Origin: an uncultured Phycisphaeraceae bacterium
GTDB taxonomy: Bacteria > Planctomycetota > Phycisphaerae > UBA1845
Assembly: GCA_964586145.1 (NCBI GenBank)
Contig: CAZPHH010000002.1
Coordinates: forward strand, 38,176-102,175
Direction: 5' to 3'
DNA: 64,000 nucleotides
The position numbers and the translations under genes are program-made. Numbering within the stretch: position 1 is the first letter of the stretch; each line of letters begins with the position of its first letter. Shown one piece after another: positions 62,878 to 64,000 of the stretch. The notes under the pieces were generated by a model, which made no database searches, was not told the origin of the DNA, and saw only the letters and a list, made by a program, of their open reading frames with translations.

Positions 62878-64000
62878 ATGGCATCAGAGTACCCTGACAA
62901 CAGGCAGGCCTCCGTCGGGCTCGTCCAGACGCAGACGGCCACGCTCTTTACGCCGCCGGACCTGCTGCAACTGGAGTGCGGGCAGAGCCTGGGGCCGATC
63001 GAGGTGGCGTACGAGACGTACGGCCGGCTGAACGAGGCCCGCGACAACGCCGTGCTGATCTGTCACGCACTAACCGGCGACGCCCACGTGGCGGGCCGGC
63101 ATCGCCCGGACGACCGCAAGCCTGGCTGGTGGGACACCATGATCGGGCCGGGCAAGGGGATCGACACCGACCGCTATTTCGTGATCTGCTCGAACGTGTT
63201 GGGAGGCTGCAAGGGCACGACGGGGCCGTCCGGCATCAACCCGCAGACCGGCCGGCCATGGGGTTTGACCTTCCCGGTCATCACCATCGAAGACATGGTC
63301 AAGGTCCAGAAACGGCTGATGGAGCATCTGGGCATCGACCGGCTTCTGGCGGTGGTCGGGGGCTCGATGGGCGGGATGCAGGTTCTGGAGTGGGCGGTTC
63401 GGTACCCGGAGTGTGTCCGGGCCGCGATTCCGATCGCCACCACGACGCGATACGGGGCGCAGGCCATCGCGTTTGACGCGGTAGGGCGTAACGCCGTGCT
63501 GGCGGACCCGAACTTCGCGGATGGGCAGTATTACGGCGGGCCGGGGCCGGATCGGGGGCTGTCGATCGCGCGGATGGTCGGCCACATCACGTACCTGTCA
63601 GAGGAAGGGATGCACGCGAAGTTCGGACGGCAGCTCCGCCACGCCGACAGCTACCGCTACGACTTCCACAGCGAATTCTCGGTGGAGACGTACCTGGACC
63701 ACCAGGGTCAGGTCTTCGTCGACCGGTTCGACGCGAACAGCTATCTCTACATCACCAAGGCGACGGATTACTACGATCTGGCGGGGCGGTACGGATCGCT
63801 GGAGCAGGCGTTCGCGAACGCGCGGTCGAAGTTTCTGGTGATCAGTTTTTCAAGCGACTGGCTGTTTCCACCAAAGCAGTCCCGGCAGGTCGTGGATGCG
63901 CTGCTGGCCGGCAACAAGGACGTGTCGTACACGGAGGTGAACTCGCCGTACGGGCATGATGCGTTTCTGCTGGAGCCGGAGGTGTTGGGCCGGTTGCTGC
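62878..64000 (+). CDS. metX: Homoserine O-acetyltransferase, 3' end beyond the window
   Basis: Not in the ORF track because it runs off the edge. Manual translation from ATG 62878 gives MASEYPDNRQ...NAVLICHALTGDAHVAG...VVGGSMGGMQVLEW...SSDWLFPP...YGHDAFL, the MetX alpha/beta-hydrolase motifs. Confidence 0.9.
   Translation, partial: MASEYPDNRQASVGLVQTQTATLFTPPDLLQLECGQSLGPIEVAYETYGRLNEARDNAVLICHALTGDAHVAGRHRPDDRKPGWWDTMIGPGKGIDTDRYFVICSNVLGGCKGTTGPSGINPQTGRPWGLTFPVITIEDMVKVQKRLMEHLGIDRLLAVVGGSMGGMQVLEWAVRYPECVRAAIPIATTTRYGAQAIAFDAVGRNAVLADPNFADGQYYGGPGPDRGLSIARMVGHITYLSEEGMHAKFGRQLRHADSYRYDFHSEFSVETYLDHQGQVFVDRFDANSYLYITKATDYYDLAGRYGSLEQAFANARSKFLVISFSSDWLFPPKQSRQVVDALLAGNKDVSYTEVNSPYGHDAFLLEPEVLGRLL

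Noticed and set aside
1-64000. CRISPR arrays, rRNA genes, IS elements or transposases, and toxin-antitoxin or known defence-system genes.
   Set aside because: No regularly spaced repeats, no rRNA-like conserved stretches, no DDE or HUH transposase motifs, and no defence-system signatures were seen in either strand's translations.

Overview
GC-rich bacterial chromosomal segment. I call about 50 protein genes and 1 tRNA, and saw no rRNA, CRISPR array, transposase or integrase. All family calls come from reading the supplied translations and from my own reverse-strand translations at the window edges; no database search was possible. Many long ORFs in the track are antisense artefacts of the high GC content and were ignored.

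Gene order:
- dnaK (5' part, runs off the window start), a small ACT-domain protein and a YugP-type zinc peptidase.
- A seven-gene hdrCBA-flxDCBA-like Fe-S/flavin cluster behind a sigma-54 promoter.
- cstA.
- A four-gene glycosyltransferase/methyltransferase operon facing a DegT-family gene that lacks the PLP lysine.
- A secreted GHL10-type glycosidase and an NHL-like PEP-CTERM protein.
- Beta-carbonic anhydrase, a CAP-domain lipoprotein, a TPR protein and adenine deaminase.
- A 1474-aa secreted repeat protein.
- glmS, rarA, 5-formyl-THF cyclo-ligase and a LysM L,D-transpeptidase.
- A B12-binding radical SAM enzyme, a DUF2419/Qng1-like protein, and GH43 and GH78 enzymes.
- An ABC-2 exporter, dnaA (not followed by dnaN) and a GNAT protein.
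- An operon joining a HEAT lipoprotein, an RsbW-type kinase and a STAS protein to mlaEFD.
- An O-antigen-ligase-like protein and P5C dehydrogenase.
- tRNA-Val(GAC), then about 2 kb of AT-richer, poorly coding DNA and a second PEP-CTERM gene.
- tpx, a small hypothetical protein, metY and metX (3' end runs off the window).

The gene content (PEP-CTERM proteins, dockerin-like tails, giant secreted proteins, RpoN promoters, orphan partner-switching genes) suggests a PVC-group or Planctomycetota-like organism. That is inference only.

Most interesting candidates:
- The kinase-STAS-Mla operon.
- The sigma-54-driven Hdr/Flx cluster in this genomic context.
- The Lys-to-Asp DegT homologue.
- The decayed locus next to the tRNA.
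- The atypical dnaA neighbourhood.
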